Shown piece after piece: positions 7,225 to 15,689 of a stretch of DNA of 15,850 bases. Below the pieces are notes generated by a model. That model searched no databases. It saw nothing but the letters and a program-made list of their open reading frames with translations, and had not been told where the DNA came from. The DNA is from Candidatus Iainarchaeum sp. (GTDB lineage Archaea > Iainarchaeota > Iainarchaeia > Iainarchaeales > JAFCCW01), in the NCBI GenBank assembly GCA_017609985.1, contig JAFCCW010000018.1, forward strand, positions 1 through 15,850, given 5' to 3'. The number at the start of each line of letters is the position of its first letter. Positions within the stretch are counted from its first letter, which is position 1. Position numbers and translations under genes: made by a program.

Positions 7225-8397
7225 ATGAACAACGAAGAAATAATAAAACTGGAAGACAAATACCAACTGCAAACATACAAAAAATACCCAATCGCCTTGG
7301 TAAAAGGAAAAGGCTGCAAGGTATGGGATGCAGACGGAAAAGAATACACAGACTTCTACGGCGGTCACGCAGTAGCCCTAACAGGGCACTGCCATCCAAC
7401 AGTAGTCAAGGCAATCCAAGAACAAAGCCAAAAGCTGATATTCTACTCAAATGCAGTTTATAATGATGTGAGAGCAGAAGCAAGCCAGCAAATCATAAAA
7501 GTTTCACCAGAAGGCCTAACCAAAGTCTTTTTTTGCAACAGCGGAGCCGAAGCAAACGAAACAGCCCTAAAGATTGCAAGAAAATTCACAGGAAAAAACG
7601 AAATCATTGCAATGAAAAACGGCTTCCACGGCAGAACAATAGCAGCACTTAGCGTAACAGGAATAGACAAATACCGTGCACAATTCAAGCCACTGCTTGA
7701 ACACACAAAATTTGCCGAATTTGGCAACATTAAAAGCGTAAAAAAACTTGCAAGCGATAACACAGCAGCAATAATCCTAGAACCAGTTCAAAGCATGGCA
7801 GGAATAGTCACAGCAAACCAGCAATACTTCCAAGAACTAAAAGAATTCTGCTCAGAAAAAGGTATAGTGCTTATTTTTGACGAAATACAAACAGGATTTG
7901 GCAGAACAGGAAAAATGTTTGCAGCCCAATACTATGGCGTTACCCCAGACATTATTACCTGCGCCAAAGGAATAGCAAGCGGCTTTCCAATGGGCGCAAC
8001 AATTGTAAAAAACGAAATCGCAGAAACAATCTCATTTGGAGAACAAGGCTCAACATTCGGAGGCTCGCCACTAGCCTGTGCCGCAGCAAAAGCCTCGGTT
8101 GAAGCAATTCTGAAAGAAAACATGACAAAAAACGCAGACGAAATCGGCAAATACATCAAAGAAAAGCTAGGTGGACTAAAAGGAGTAAAAGAAATAAGAG
8201 GCCCAGGCCTGCTAAAAGGCATAAAGCTTGAAACAGAAGCAAAGCCAATTGTAGGAAAGCTTCTTGAAAAAGGATTCATAGTGGGAACAGCGGTTGTGGA
8301 AAATGACGTCATACGCCTGATGCCGCCCCTTACAATAGGAAAAAAAGAGGTTGATGAACTCTACGCAGTTCTGAAAGCCTTGCTGGAAGGAAACTAA
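7225..8397 (+). CDS. argD: Acetylornithine/succinylornithine aminotransferase (class III PLP)
   Basis: Start at ATG 7225 after AAGGTGA SD, 390 aa; CNSGAEANE, GFHGRT, EPVQ, DEIQTGFGRTG, PLP lysine in AKGIASG. Confidence 0.95.
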   Translation: MNNEEIIKLEDKYQLQTYKKYPIALVKGKGCKVWDADGKEYTDFYGGHAVALTGHCHPTVVKAIQEQSQKLIFYSNAVYNDVRAEASQQIIKVSPEGLTKVFFCNSGAEANETALKIARKFTGKNEIIAMKNGFHGRTIAALSVTGIDKYRAQFKPLLEHTKFAEFGNIKSVKKLASDNTAAIILEPVQSMAGIVTANQQYFQELKEFCSEKGIVLIFDEIQTGFGRTGKMFAAQYYGVTPDIITCAKGIASGFPMGATIVKNEIAETISFGEQGSTFGGSPLACAAAKASVEAILKENMTKNADEIGKYIKEKLGGLKGVKEIRGPGLLKGIKLETEAKPIVGKLLEKGFIVGTAVVENDVIRLMPPLTIGKKEVDELYAVLKALLEGN

Positions 8398-8400
8398 AAA

Positions 8401-9408
8401 ATGAGCCTAAAAAACAAAAACCTTGTTTCAACACAAGACTGGAAAAAAGAAGAACTAGACCAAGTGCTCGACCTAGCCATAAAACTGAAAAAAAAACCAT
8501 TCAACAAAAACCTGGCAAACAAAACCCTTTTTATGGTCTTCTTCAATCCATCACTTAGAACAAGATCCAGTTTCGAAACAGCAATGAACCAGTCCGGTGG
8601 ACACGCAGTTAACCTGGCAATAGGCCAAGGAATGTGGAAGCTTGAACACCAAGAAGGGACAGTAATGAATGGCGAATGCGCAGAACACATTAAAGACGCA
8701 GCAAAAGTTTTATCAAGATACGGCAACGCCATAGGCGTAAGATGCTTTCCAGAACTAAAAAACTGGAAAAAAGAAAAAAACGACTCGATTATCAAAGGAT
8801 TTGCCAAACACGCGTCCACGCCCGTAATAAACATGGAGTCAACGCTCTACCACCCCTGCCAAGCACTGGCAGACATCATGACAGTAAAAGAACACCTAGG
8901 CAAAACAAAAAAGAAAAAATTTGTTCTGGCATGGTGCTACCACCCAAAAGCATTGCCAACCGCAGTTCCAAACTCAGCAGCATTAATCGCAAGCAGATAT
9001 GGCATGGACACAACCATTGCCTGCCCAAAAGAATTCGAGCTAGACCCAAGCATAATCAAGTCAGTTAAAGAAAACTGCAAACTAAACGGAAGCAAAATGG
9101 AAATAGTGAACGACATGGACAAAGCACTCAAAGGAGCAGACATAGTTTATGCAAAAAGCTGGGGTTCAATAAACTACTATGGAAACTGGGACGAGGAAAA
9201 AATTCTTAGAAATAAGTTAAAAGACTGGAAAATAACAAAACAAAAAATGCAATTAACAAACAACGCAAAATTCATGCACTGCCTGCCAGTCAGAAGAAAC
9301 GTCGTAGTTGACGACGCTGTAATTGACAGCAAAAACAGTCTCGTTTACGATGAAGCAGAAAACAGGCTGCATGTACAAAAAGCGTTGCTAAACAGCATCA
9401 TGAGGTGA
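8401..9408 (+). CDS. argF: N-acylornithine carbamoyltransferase (ArgF', AOTCase/SOTCase family)
   Basis: 335 aa; FFNPSLRTR, EHIKD, INMES..HPCQ, WCYHPKALPTAVPNS, YAKSWG and HCLPVRRN are diagnostic of ArgF'. The DxxxSMG motif of canonical OTCase is absent. Confidence 0.95.
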   Translation: MSLKNKNLVSTQDWKKEELDQVLDLAIKLKKKPFNKNLANKTLFMVFFNPSLRTRSSFETAMNQSGGHAVNLAIGQGMWKLEHQEGTVMNGECAEHIKDAAKVLSRYGNAIGVRCFPELKNWKKEKNDSIIKGFAKHASTPVINMESTLYHPCQALADIMTVKEHLGKTKKKKFVLAWCYHPKALPTAVPNSAALIASRYGMDTTIACPKEFELDPSIIKSVKENCKLNGSKMEIVNDMDKALKGADIVYAKSWGSINYYGNWDEEKILRNKLKDWKITKQKMQLTNNAKFMHCLPVRRNVVVDDAVIDSKNSLVYDEAENRLHVQKALLNSIMR

Positions 9409-9416
9409 AAAAACAA

Positions 9417-10331
9417 ATGGAAAAAATCCCGTTTTTGATAGAAATACTTCCATACGTGCTAAAATTCAGAAAAACAACATTCGTAATCAAGCTAGGTGGA
9501 GACAACGCAAAAGAACAAAAAAAGCTGGAAGCTCTAGCCAAAGACATGACCTTGCTCCACAATCTTGGCGTAAACATCGTCATAGTCCACGGAGGCGGGC
9601 CACAAGCAAACGAACTGCTCAAAAAACTTGGCTACCCCCTCCAAAAAATAAACGGAAGAAGGATTACTGACAAGCAAACTCTGGAAGTGGCAAAAATGGT
9701 TTACGCAGGAAAAGTAAACACTGAGATAGTCGCAGCCCTGCAAAAAGCAGGAACTCATGCAGTAGGGCTTACAGGAGTAGACTGCAATCTTGTTTATGCA
9801 AAAAAAAGAGAACCCCAAAAAATCAAGAACAAAAAAACGGGAAAAACAGAAGAAATAGACTTTGGCTATGTAGGAGACATCAAAAAAATAAACCTTGAGG
9901 TAGTCCAAGACCTGCTTGAAAAAAACTGCGTGCCAGTAATAGCCTGTCTAGGGGCAGACAAAGACGGAACAATACTCAACATAAATGCAGACAACATTGC
10001 GGAAGAAATTTCCAAAGCACTGAAAGCCGAAAAATTTATCAGCGTAACCAATGTCCCAGGAATCCTTGAAAACAAAGAAGACAAAACAAGCACAATATCA
10101 TACCTAAACGTCTGCAATGCAAAAAAACTGCTGAAAAGCAAAAAAATCACAGACGGAATGCTGCCAAAACTAGAATCATGCATCGCAGTAGTCGAAGGCG
10201 GAGTAAAAAGAGCCCACATCATAGACATGACACAGCCACATAGCATCCTAATAGAAATCCTAACAAACCAAGGTAGTGGAACAATGATTGTGAGCAAAGA
10301 AGAAGAAGCAAAATACAAGCAAAAGGGGTAG
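9417..10331 (+). CDS. argB: Acetyl(acyl)glutamate kinase
   Basis: VIKLGG, VHGGGP, RITD, NINAD, GMLPKL. ATG 9417 follows a GAGGTGA SD; the alternative start is GTG 9405. No fused acetyltransferase domain. Confidence 0.96.
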   Translation: MEKIPFLIEILPYVLKFRKTTFVIKLGGDNAKEQKKLEALAKDMTLLHNLGVNIVIVHGGGPQANELLKKLGYPLQKINGRRITDKQTLEVAKMVYAGKVNTEIVAALQKAGTHAVGLTGVDCNLVYAKKREPQKIKNKKTGKTEEIDFGYVGDIKKINLEVVQDLLEKNCVPVIACLGADKDGTILNINADNIAEEISKALKAEKFISVTNVPGILENKEDKTSTISYLNVCNAKKLLKSKKITDGMLPKLESCIAVVEGGVKRAHIIDMTQPHSILIEILTNQGSGTMIVSKEEEAKYKQKG

Positions 10332-10339
10332 GCAAAAAA

Positions 10340-11380
10340 ATGGAAGCAAAAGAACTGCTAAAAAAGCTGGTGGAAATCCCAAGCATCTCAGGAAACGAGG
10401 CACAAATCAGCCAATTCGTTTTCGATCACCTGCAAGAAAACGGCTTGTCACCCAAACAATACAAAGACAACGTCTACTGTTCAATAGGAAAAGGCAAACA
10501 AATACTGCTCTTAAACAGCCACCTTGACACAGTACCAGTCTGCCCTGGCTGGAACCAAGATCCATTCAAACCAAAAGAAGCCAACGGAAAAATCTGCGGC
10601 TTGGGAGCAAACGACACAAAAGGCTCAATGACAGCAATGATCAACGCTTTCAAAAAGCTCGCTGACTCAAAAGACCTAAAAGGAAAAGTCTTTTTTGCAG
10701 CATCAACCCAAGAAGAAACAAACAACATCGGCATAAAGCAACTCACTGAAAAGATTCCCAAAGTTGACGCCGCAGTAATAGGCGAGCCAACAGAATTAAA
10801 CATTTGCACCGCAATGCGCGGTTTGGCAATACTAAAATTTGTTGCAAAAGGCAAAAGCGGGCACGCGTCCAGACCAAGCCAAGGAGTCAACGCCATATAC
10901 AAAGCAATTGAAGACATTAAAAAACTAAGATCGCTGGAATTTGAAAAAGCGCACAAGCTGCTTGGAAAGCCAACAATCACAACAACACTTATAAGCGGTG
11001 GCACAAAAAACAATGTGATTCCAGGCGAATGCGAGTTCACGACAGATGTGAGAACCACTCCAATTTATCCAAACAAGAAAATGATTGACCTGATAAAAGA
11101 AACAGCCACTTCTGAGGTTCAAGTGCTAAGCGATAGGTTGTGCCCCAAAGAAACAAGCGAAAGCGAAAAAATTGTTCTGGCAGCACAAAAAGCTTGTCCT
11201 GAAGGAAAACTTTTAGGCTTTCCCGCAATGTGCGACTGGGTATTCATCGACGCGCCAGGTATAATCTTCGGACCAGGAATAACAACCCAATCTCACACTC
11301 CAAACGAGTTCATCGAAATAAAGCAAGTTGAAAAAGCAGGCGAAATCTACCAAAAGATTGTGCATGAATTCTTCAAGTGA
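10340..11380 (+). CDS. argE: M20 family deacylase (ArgE/DapE-like; probable N-acylcitrulline/ornithine deacylase)
   Basis: 346 aa; metal-ligand motifs NSHLDTV, GANDTKG, QEE, IGEP, SHTPNE; operon context. Confidence 0.88.
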   Translation: MEAKELLKKLVEIPSISGNEAQISQFVFDHLQENGLSPKQYKDNVYCSIGKGKQILLLNSHLDTVPVCPGWNQDPFKPKEANGKICGLGANDTKGSMTAMINAFKKLADSKDLKGKVFFAASTQEETNNIGIKQLTEKIPKVDAAVIGEPTELNICTAMRGLAILKFVAKGKSGHASRPSQGVNAIYKAIEDIKKLRSLEFEKAHKLLGKPTITTTLISGGTKNNVIPGECEFTTDVRTTPIYPNKKMIDLIKETATSEVQVLSDRLCPKETSESEKIVLAAQKACPEGKLLGFPAMCDWVFIDAPGIIFGPGITTQSHTPNEFIEIKQVEKAGEIYQKIVHEFFK

Positions 11381-11386
11381 ATCAAA

Positions 11387-12733
11387 ATGAAGTTATGGCA
11401 AAAAAAGGGAACAACGCTTCACAAAGAAATCGAGCAATACACCGTAGGCAATGACCCATTCCTAGACCAAAAACTTGTCAAAGTTGACGCAATTGCATCC
11501 ATCGCACACGCTAGCATGCTTAACAAGATAAACATCCTAACAAAACAGGAACTCAAAGCACTGAAAAAAGAACTCTGCAACATAATAAAGCTTGACAAGA
11601 AAAACAAATTCAAAATAACCCTCAAAGACGAAGATGTTCACACAAAAATTGAAAACCACTTGACAAAAAAGCTTGGAAAACTTGGGAAAAAAATTCACAC
11701 AGGCAGAAGCAGAAACGACCAAGTAATAGTAGACACAAGACTATACTCTAAAGAAAAACTGCTGGGCATAGAAGAACAAGCCATAAAACTATGCCAGGCT
11801 TTAGCCAAGCAAAGCCAAAAAAACCAAAGCACTCCAATGCCTGGTTATACGCACATGCAAAAGGCAATGCCCTCATCAGTAGGCCTATGGCTAGGCAGCT
11901 TTGCCGAATCACTCTTAGATTACTTGGAATTGCTTGATGCAGCCTACAAGCTAAACAACCAAAATCCACTGGGCTCGGCAGCAGGCTACGGCGTTCCCCT
12001 AAACCTTGACAGAAATATGACAACAAAACTTTTGGGCTTTGCAAAAACCCAAAACAACATATTGTACGTGCAAAATAGCAGGGGAAAAATAGAACTTGCC
12101 ATCCTTAACGCTTTAACACAAATAATGCTTGATTTAAACAAACTGGCAACAGACCTTCTCTTGTTCACAATGCAAGAATTTCAGTTCTTTGAAATACCAG
12201 ACGAATTCTGCACCGGAAGCAGCATAATGCCCCACAAAAAAAACAAAGACGTGCTTGAATTGATTAGGGCAAACTATGGCATAATGCTTGGTTACTCCAC
12301 CCAAATCGCAAACATCATAAGTTCACTGCCATCAGGCTATAACAGGGACTTGCAGCTTACAAAAGAGCCACTAATGGCGGGACTTGAACTCGCAAACTCA
12401 ACACTCTCAATATGCACTCTTGTAATTTCAAAACTGGAAGTCAACAAAAAAAACCTGCTGAAAGCATGCACACCAGAGCTTTTTGCCACAGGAAAAGCAT
12501 TTGAACTGGCTAAAAAAGGAATTCCGTTCAGAGAAGCCTATAAGACAATAAAAAATACAAACGAATGGCACAAATCCGACGCAACCAAAAACATCATGCA
12601 AAAAAAATACGCTGGTGCAACAGGAAACCTTGGCCTGCCAAAACTAGAAAAGGAAATTGCCAAAAAGAAAAAAATAATTTCAAAAAAACAACACCAGCTA
12701 AACTCTACCCTAAACAAGCTTCTTAGACAATAG
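11387..12733 (+). CDS. argH: Argininosuccinate lyase
   Basis: 448 aa; IHTGRSRNDQ, MPGYTHMQKA, GSSIMPHKKN, LPSGYNRDLQ, GIPFREAY. No C-terminal ArgA fusion. Confidence 0.97.
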   Translation: MKLWQKKGTTLHKEIEQYTVGNDPFLDQKLVKVDAIASIAHASMLNKINILTKQELKALKKELCNIIKLDKKNKFKITLKDEDVHTKIENHLTKKLGKLGKKIHTGRSRNDQVIVDTRLYSKEKLLGIEEQAIKLCQALAKQSQKNQSTPMPGYTHMQKAMPSSVGLWLGSFAESLLDYLELLDAAYKLNNQNPLGSAAGYGVPLNLDRNMTTKLLGFAKTQNNILYVQNSRGKIELAILNALTQIMLDLNKLATDLLLFTMQEFQFFEIPDEFCTGSSIMPHKKNKDVLELIRANYGIMLGYSTQIANIISSLPSGYNRDLQLTKEPLMAGLELANSTLSICTLVISKLEVNKKNLLKACTPELFATGKAFELAKKGIPFREAYKTIKNTNEWHKSDATKNIMQKKYAGATGNLGLPKLEKEIAKKKKIISKKQHQLNSTLNKLLRQ

Positions 12734-12779
12734 CCTATTCTTTTATTCTGATTAGACAAACAATATTAACAGGGGTGCA

Positions 12780-13550
12780 ATGAAACCAAAAACAAGATCG
12801 AAAAAGCCAACAGACCTTTACAACTGGGGCAAAAAAGACATCTTTCTCAGCCAAGCCATCAAAAAGATTGGCATAACACCAAAAATCGTGACAGAAATCG
12901 CGCCAGGGCAAAACCCACACTTCTTCGCAGAAATCGCAAGAAACTTTCCAAGCCTTAAAAAATACAGGCTCGTAGACCAGAAAAAAACCCAATTCAAACA
13001 GTACGCCAAACACAAAGGCGTAAAAGAAGTCGAAAAACACAAAAACAAAATAGACGAAATAACACAACACTACTTTGCAACAAAAAAACTCCCATCAGAC
13101 CTGATAATAAGCCACCACGGCTTTGGCCCATGGATGTTCAACCACAGAACCAACCTTGTTAAAGTAGCAGGAGACCTCAAAATCGGAGGCGGCATAATAT
13201 TAAGGCAAAACTCAAAAGACTTCTCCCATTACATCAAACCAGATGCCCTAAAACTCTTAGCCAAAGCAGGATTCAAAGTTACGCTGTACGCAGACACGTT
13301 TCAAGGACTGAAAAAGATTTCGTTCAACGACCTAAAAAAAATAAACAAAAGCAAGCTGGTAAAAGGACAAGTTAGCCTCATAGCCAAAAAAGAAAGACAG
13401 CTTTCAGGCAAACAAAGAGGGCAACTGCTTTTGGAAGCCATGAACGCAGACATTCGCGACAAAAGATGGAAAGACCCAACAGCAGAAGTCGAAAAAAGAA
13501 AACTGCTTGAAGCAAAAGCAAAGCTGGAAAAAGCCCTTAGAAGAATGTAG
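12780..13550 (+). CDS. Hypothetical basic protein, possible degenerate class I SAM-methyltransferase fold
   Basis: 256 aa; VTEIAPGQ, YRLVD, DLIISH and LKIGGGIIL appear in Rossmann MTase order. Confidence 0.7.
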   Translation: MKPKTRSKKPTDLYNWGKKDIFLSQAIKKIGITPKIVTEIAPGQNPHFFAEIARNFPSLKKYRLVDQKKTQFKQYAKHKGVKEVEKHKNKIDEITQHYFATKKLPSDLIISHHGFGPWMFNHRTNLVKVAGDLKIGGGIILRQNSKDFSHYIKPDALKLLAKAGFKVTLYADTFQGLKKISFNDLKKINKSKLVKGQVSLIAKKERQLSGKQRGQLLLEAMNADIRDKRWKDPTAEVEKRKLLEAKAKLEKALRRM

Positions 13551-13551
13551 C

Positions 13552-14241
13552 TTATATCCTTCTTATAATTCTTCTTTTCTTCGCTCTCTTAACAAACTTT
13601 GAGAATTTTTGGCCCTTTTTTTCCCACAACTCCACCAAATCCATTGCATCATAGCCAGAAATGTCCCTTCCACGAATTTTCTTCTTTCTGCTTAACGCAA
13701 GCTGCAATTCGCTTATTGCTTTAGTCGTGTTAAATCCCGCTTTAATTGCAGCAAAAGCCAACGCCTCTCCACCCCTATGCGCTAAATCGGTTAAATGAGG
13801 ATCAGACTCTCCCCCTTTAGGATAACACACATCATAATAGCTTTTTCTAAACTGCTTTGTCAAGCTTTCCACCTTCTTTTTGTCCCTTTTCCTCAACGCA
13901 AGTTTGAATTGCTCCAGCCTGTCAAAAGCTTCACCTATCTTTAAATCCGGCCTAATCTTTAAACGTTTGTTAATATAAGAATTCATGACATGCGCTGCCT
14001 CTGCCACCACAACATAAGGATCTGGCTTTGAAATATAAACCAAATAGCCTCTTCCACCATACTCTAAAAGAGGAACCACCGTACCACCTTCCACTCTGGC
14101 AAATATGCTAGCGGACACGCCAAACTTTTTAGCATCACTGGTTTTGTTAATCAAAACACACCTAGGTTTTGTCTTAACCTGAAGTGTCTTCATCAACCTC
14201 TGCAAATCCCTTTCAAACAATTCCTTAGTTTTATCAACCAT
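13552..14241 (-). CDS. Hypothetical basic protein (229 aa)
   Basis: ATG start with upstream AGAAAAAA-TTTTAAAT; convergent with 12780..13550, 1-nt gap. Confidence 0.75.
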   Translation of the reverse strand: MVDKTKELFERDLQRLMKTLQVKTKPRCVLINKTSDAKKFGVSASIFARVEGGTVVPLLEYGGRGYLVYISKPDPYVVVAEAAHVMNSYINKRLKIRPDLKIGEAFDRLEQFKLALRKRDKKKVESLTKQFRKSYYDVCYPKGGESDPHLTDLAHRGGEALAFAAIKAGFNTTKAISELQLALSRKKKIRGRDISGYDAMDLVELWEKKGQKFSKFVKRAKKRRIIRRI

Positions 14242-14273
14242 TGACTCATCACATATAATTAGTAGTTAAACCC

Positions 14274-14290
14274 ATTTAAAATTTTTTCTT
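14274..14290 (-). promoter_or_regulatory. Putative BRE/TATA for 13552..14241
   Basis: Minus strand AAGAAAAAA-TTTTAAAT, about 32 nt before the ATG. Confidence 0.4.
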
Positions 14291-14489
14291 TAAAATCACC
14301 CAATGTTCTCATAAGCATCCATTCTATAACAAGAAAAGAGCCGTAATATTTTTAACCCTTAAACCAAGAAATGACACACCTGCTTCAAGAAAAACCCTTT
14401 AAAAATTTTTGAGGAAAAGTGTTAAAAGACATTTAACCCACCAATTATTAACACAATTCACCCTTTTCAGTACTGATACAGGTGACGGA

Positions 14490-15686
14490 ATGAAAAACAC
14501 AAAAAACAAAATAATACTGGCATTTTCAGGAGGTCTGGATACTTCCTTCGCAGTTTTACACCTTAAAGAAAAAGGATACGACGTTATCACTTTAACAGTT
14601 GACACTGGCGGACTAGGCAAAAAAAAGATTAAAGAAATTAAAAACAGAAGCAAACAGCTTGGCGCAAAAAAACATTACTTTATCGACGCCAAAAAAGAAA
14701 TCTTTGACGAAATAATCTCCTACCTAATAAAAGCAAACGGCCTATACCAAGGAATCTACCCCAACATGTGCGCTGACAGATACACCATCGCAAAACACTT
14801 GGTAAAAACAGCAAAAAAAGAAAACACAAAACTTGTTGCACACGGCTGCACAGGAGCAGGAAACGACCAAATAAGAATTGACATCACCTGCAATTGCCTA
14901 AACCCAAAACTTGAAATAATTGCGCCAATAAGAGACCTTGGAATCACAAGGCCGGAAGAAATAAAATACTTAAAAGAAAAAGGCTTCAAAGTCTCAAAAG
15001 AAACAAAAAAATACACGATAAACGAAAACATTTTCGGAAGAACAATCTCTGGCTCAGAAATAGACAAAAACAAGGAACCAAGCGAACAAGCATGGGTTCT
15101 AACAAAAGAAACAAAGCAAAAACCACAATACTTTGAAATAGAATTCAACAAAGGCATACCAGTTGCACTAAACGGAGAAAAAATGCACGGAGCCAACATA
15201 CTAAAAAAGCTAAACAAGGAAGTCGGCGCCCACGGATACGGAAGAGGCTTGTATATAGAAGACGAAACAATTGGAATAAAAGGCATCCAAGCATTTGAAG
15301 CACCAGGGCTGCTTCTTTTAATAGAAGCCCACAAAGCACTAGAAAGACTAACCCTAACATGGAACCAACTCTCAACCAAACAATTCCTAGACAACACCTG
15401 GGCAAGCATGGCATACAGAGGGCTATTGGCAGACCCAGTAATAGCAGACATTCAAGCATTCTTAAACAAAAACCAGGAAATGGTTTCAGGCAAAGTCAAA
15501 ATAAAAGTCCACCAAAAAACAGCCTTTCCCACCGAAGTCCACAGCCCAAACTCGCTGATAAGAGAAGACATAGCAAAATACGCCCAAAAAGCAACCTGGA
15601 CAGGAAAAGAAGCACAAGCCTTCATAAAACTATACTCACTACAACAAAAAATCGCGGCAAGCAGAAAAAAAGAAAAAAAACAATAA
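14490..15686 (+). CDS. argG: Argininosuccinate synthase family protein (copy 2, divergent)
   Basis: Start at ATG 14490 after AGGTGA SD, 398 aa; LAFSGGLDTS, AHGCTGAGNDQIRID, YTINEN, FEAPG. Confidence 0.93.
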   Translation: MKNTKNKIILAFSGGLDTSFAVLHLKEKGYDVITLTVDTGGLGKKKIKEIKNRSKQLGAKKHYFIDAKKEIFDEIISYLIKANGLYQGIYPNMCADRYTIAKHLVKTAKKENTKLVAHGCTGAGNDQIRIDITCNCLNPKLEIIAPIRDLGITRPEEIKYLKEKGFKVSKETKKYTINENIFGRTISGSEIDKNKEPSEQAWVLTKETKQKPQYFEIEFNKGIPVALNGEKMHGANILKKLNKEVGAHGYGRGLYIEDETIGIKGIQAFEAPGLLLLIEAHKALERLTLTWNQLSTKQFLDNTWASMAYRGLLADPVIADIQAFLNKNQEMVSGKVKIKVHQKTAFPTEVHSPNSLIREDIAKYAQKATWTGKEAQAFIKLYSLQQKIAASRKKEKKQ

Positions 15687-15689
15687 CTT

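Noticed and set aside
8401-9408. Canonical ornithine or aspartate carbamoyltransferase
   Set aside because: It lacks the SMG motif of OTCase and the ATCase motifs, and has the ArgF'-specific YHPK and HCLPxRRN.
9811-9850. Poly-A runs as programmed frameshift or phase-variation sites
   Set aside because: A6-A10 runs occur throughout Lys-rich genes and all these frames are intact.
3940-12733. LysW/ArgX carrier pathway or lysine (lysYZJK) operon
   Set aside because: No small LysW gene ending EDWGE and no RimK-like ligase. ArgF', ArgG and ArgH indicate arginine synthesis via small-acyl intermediates.
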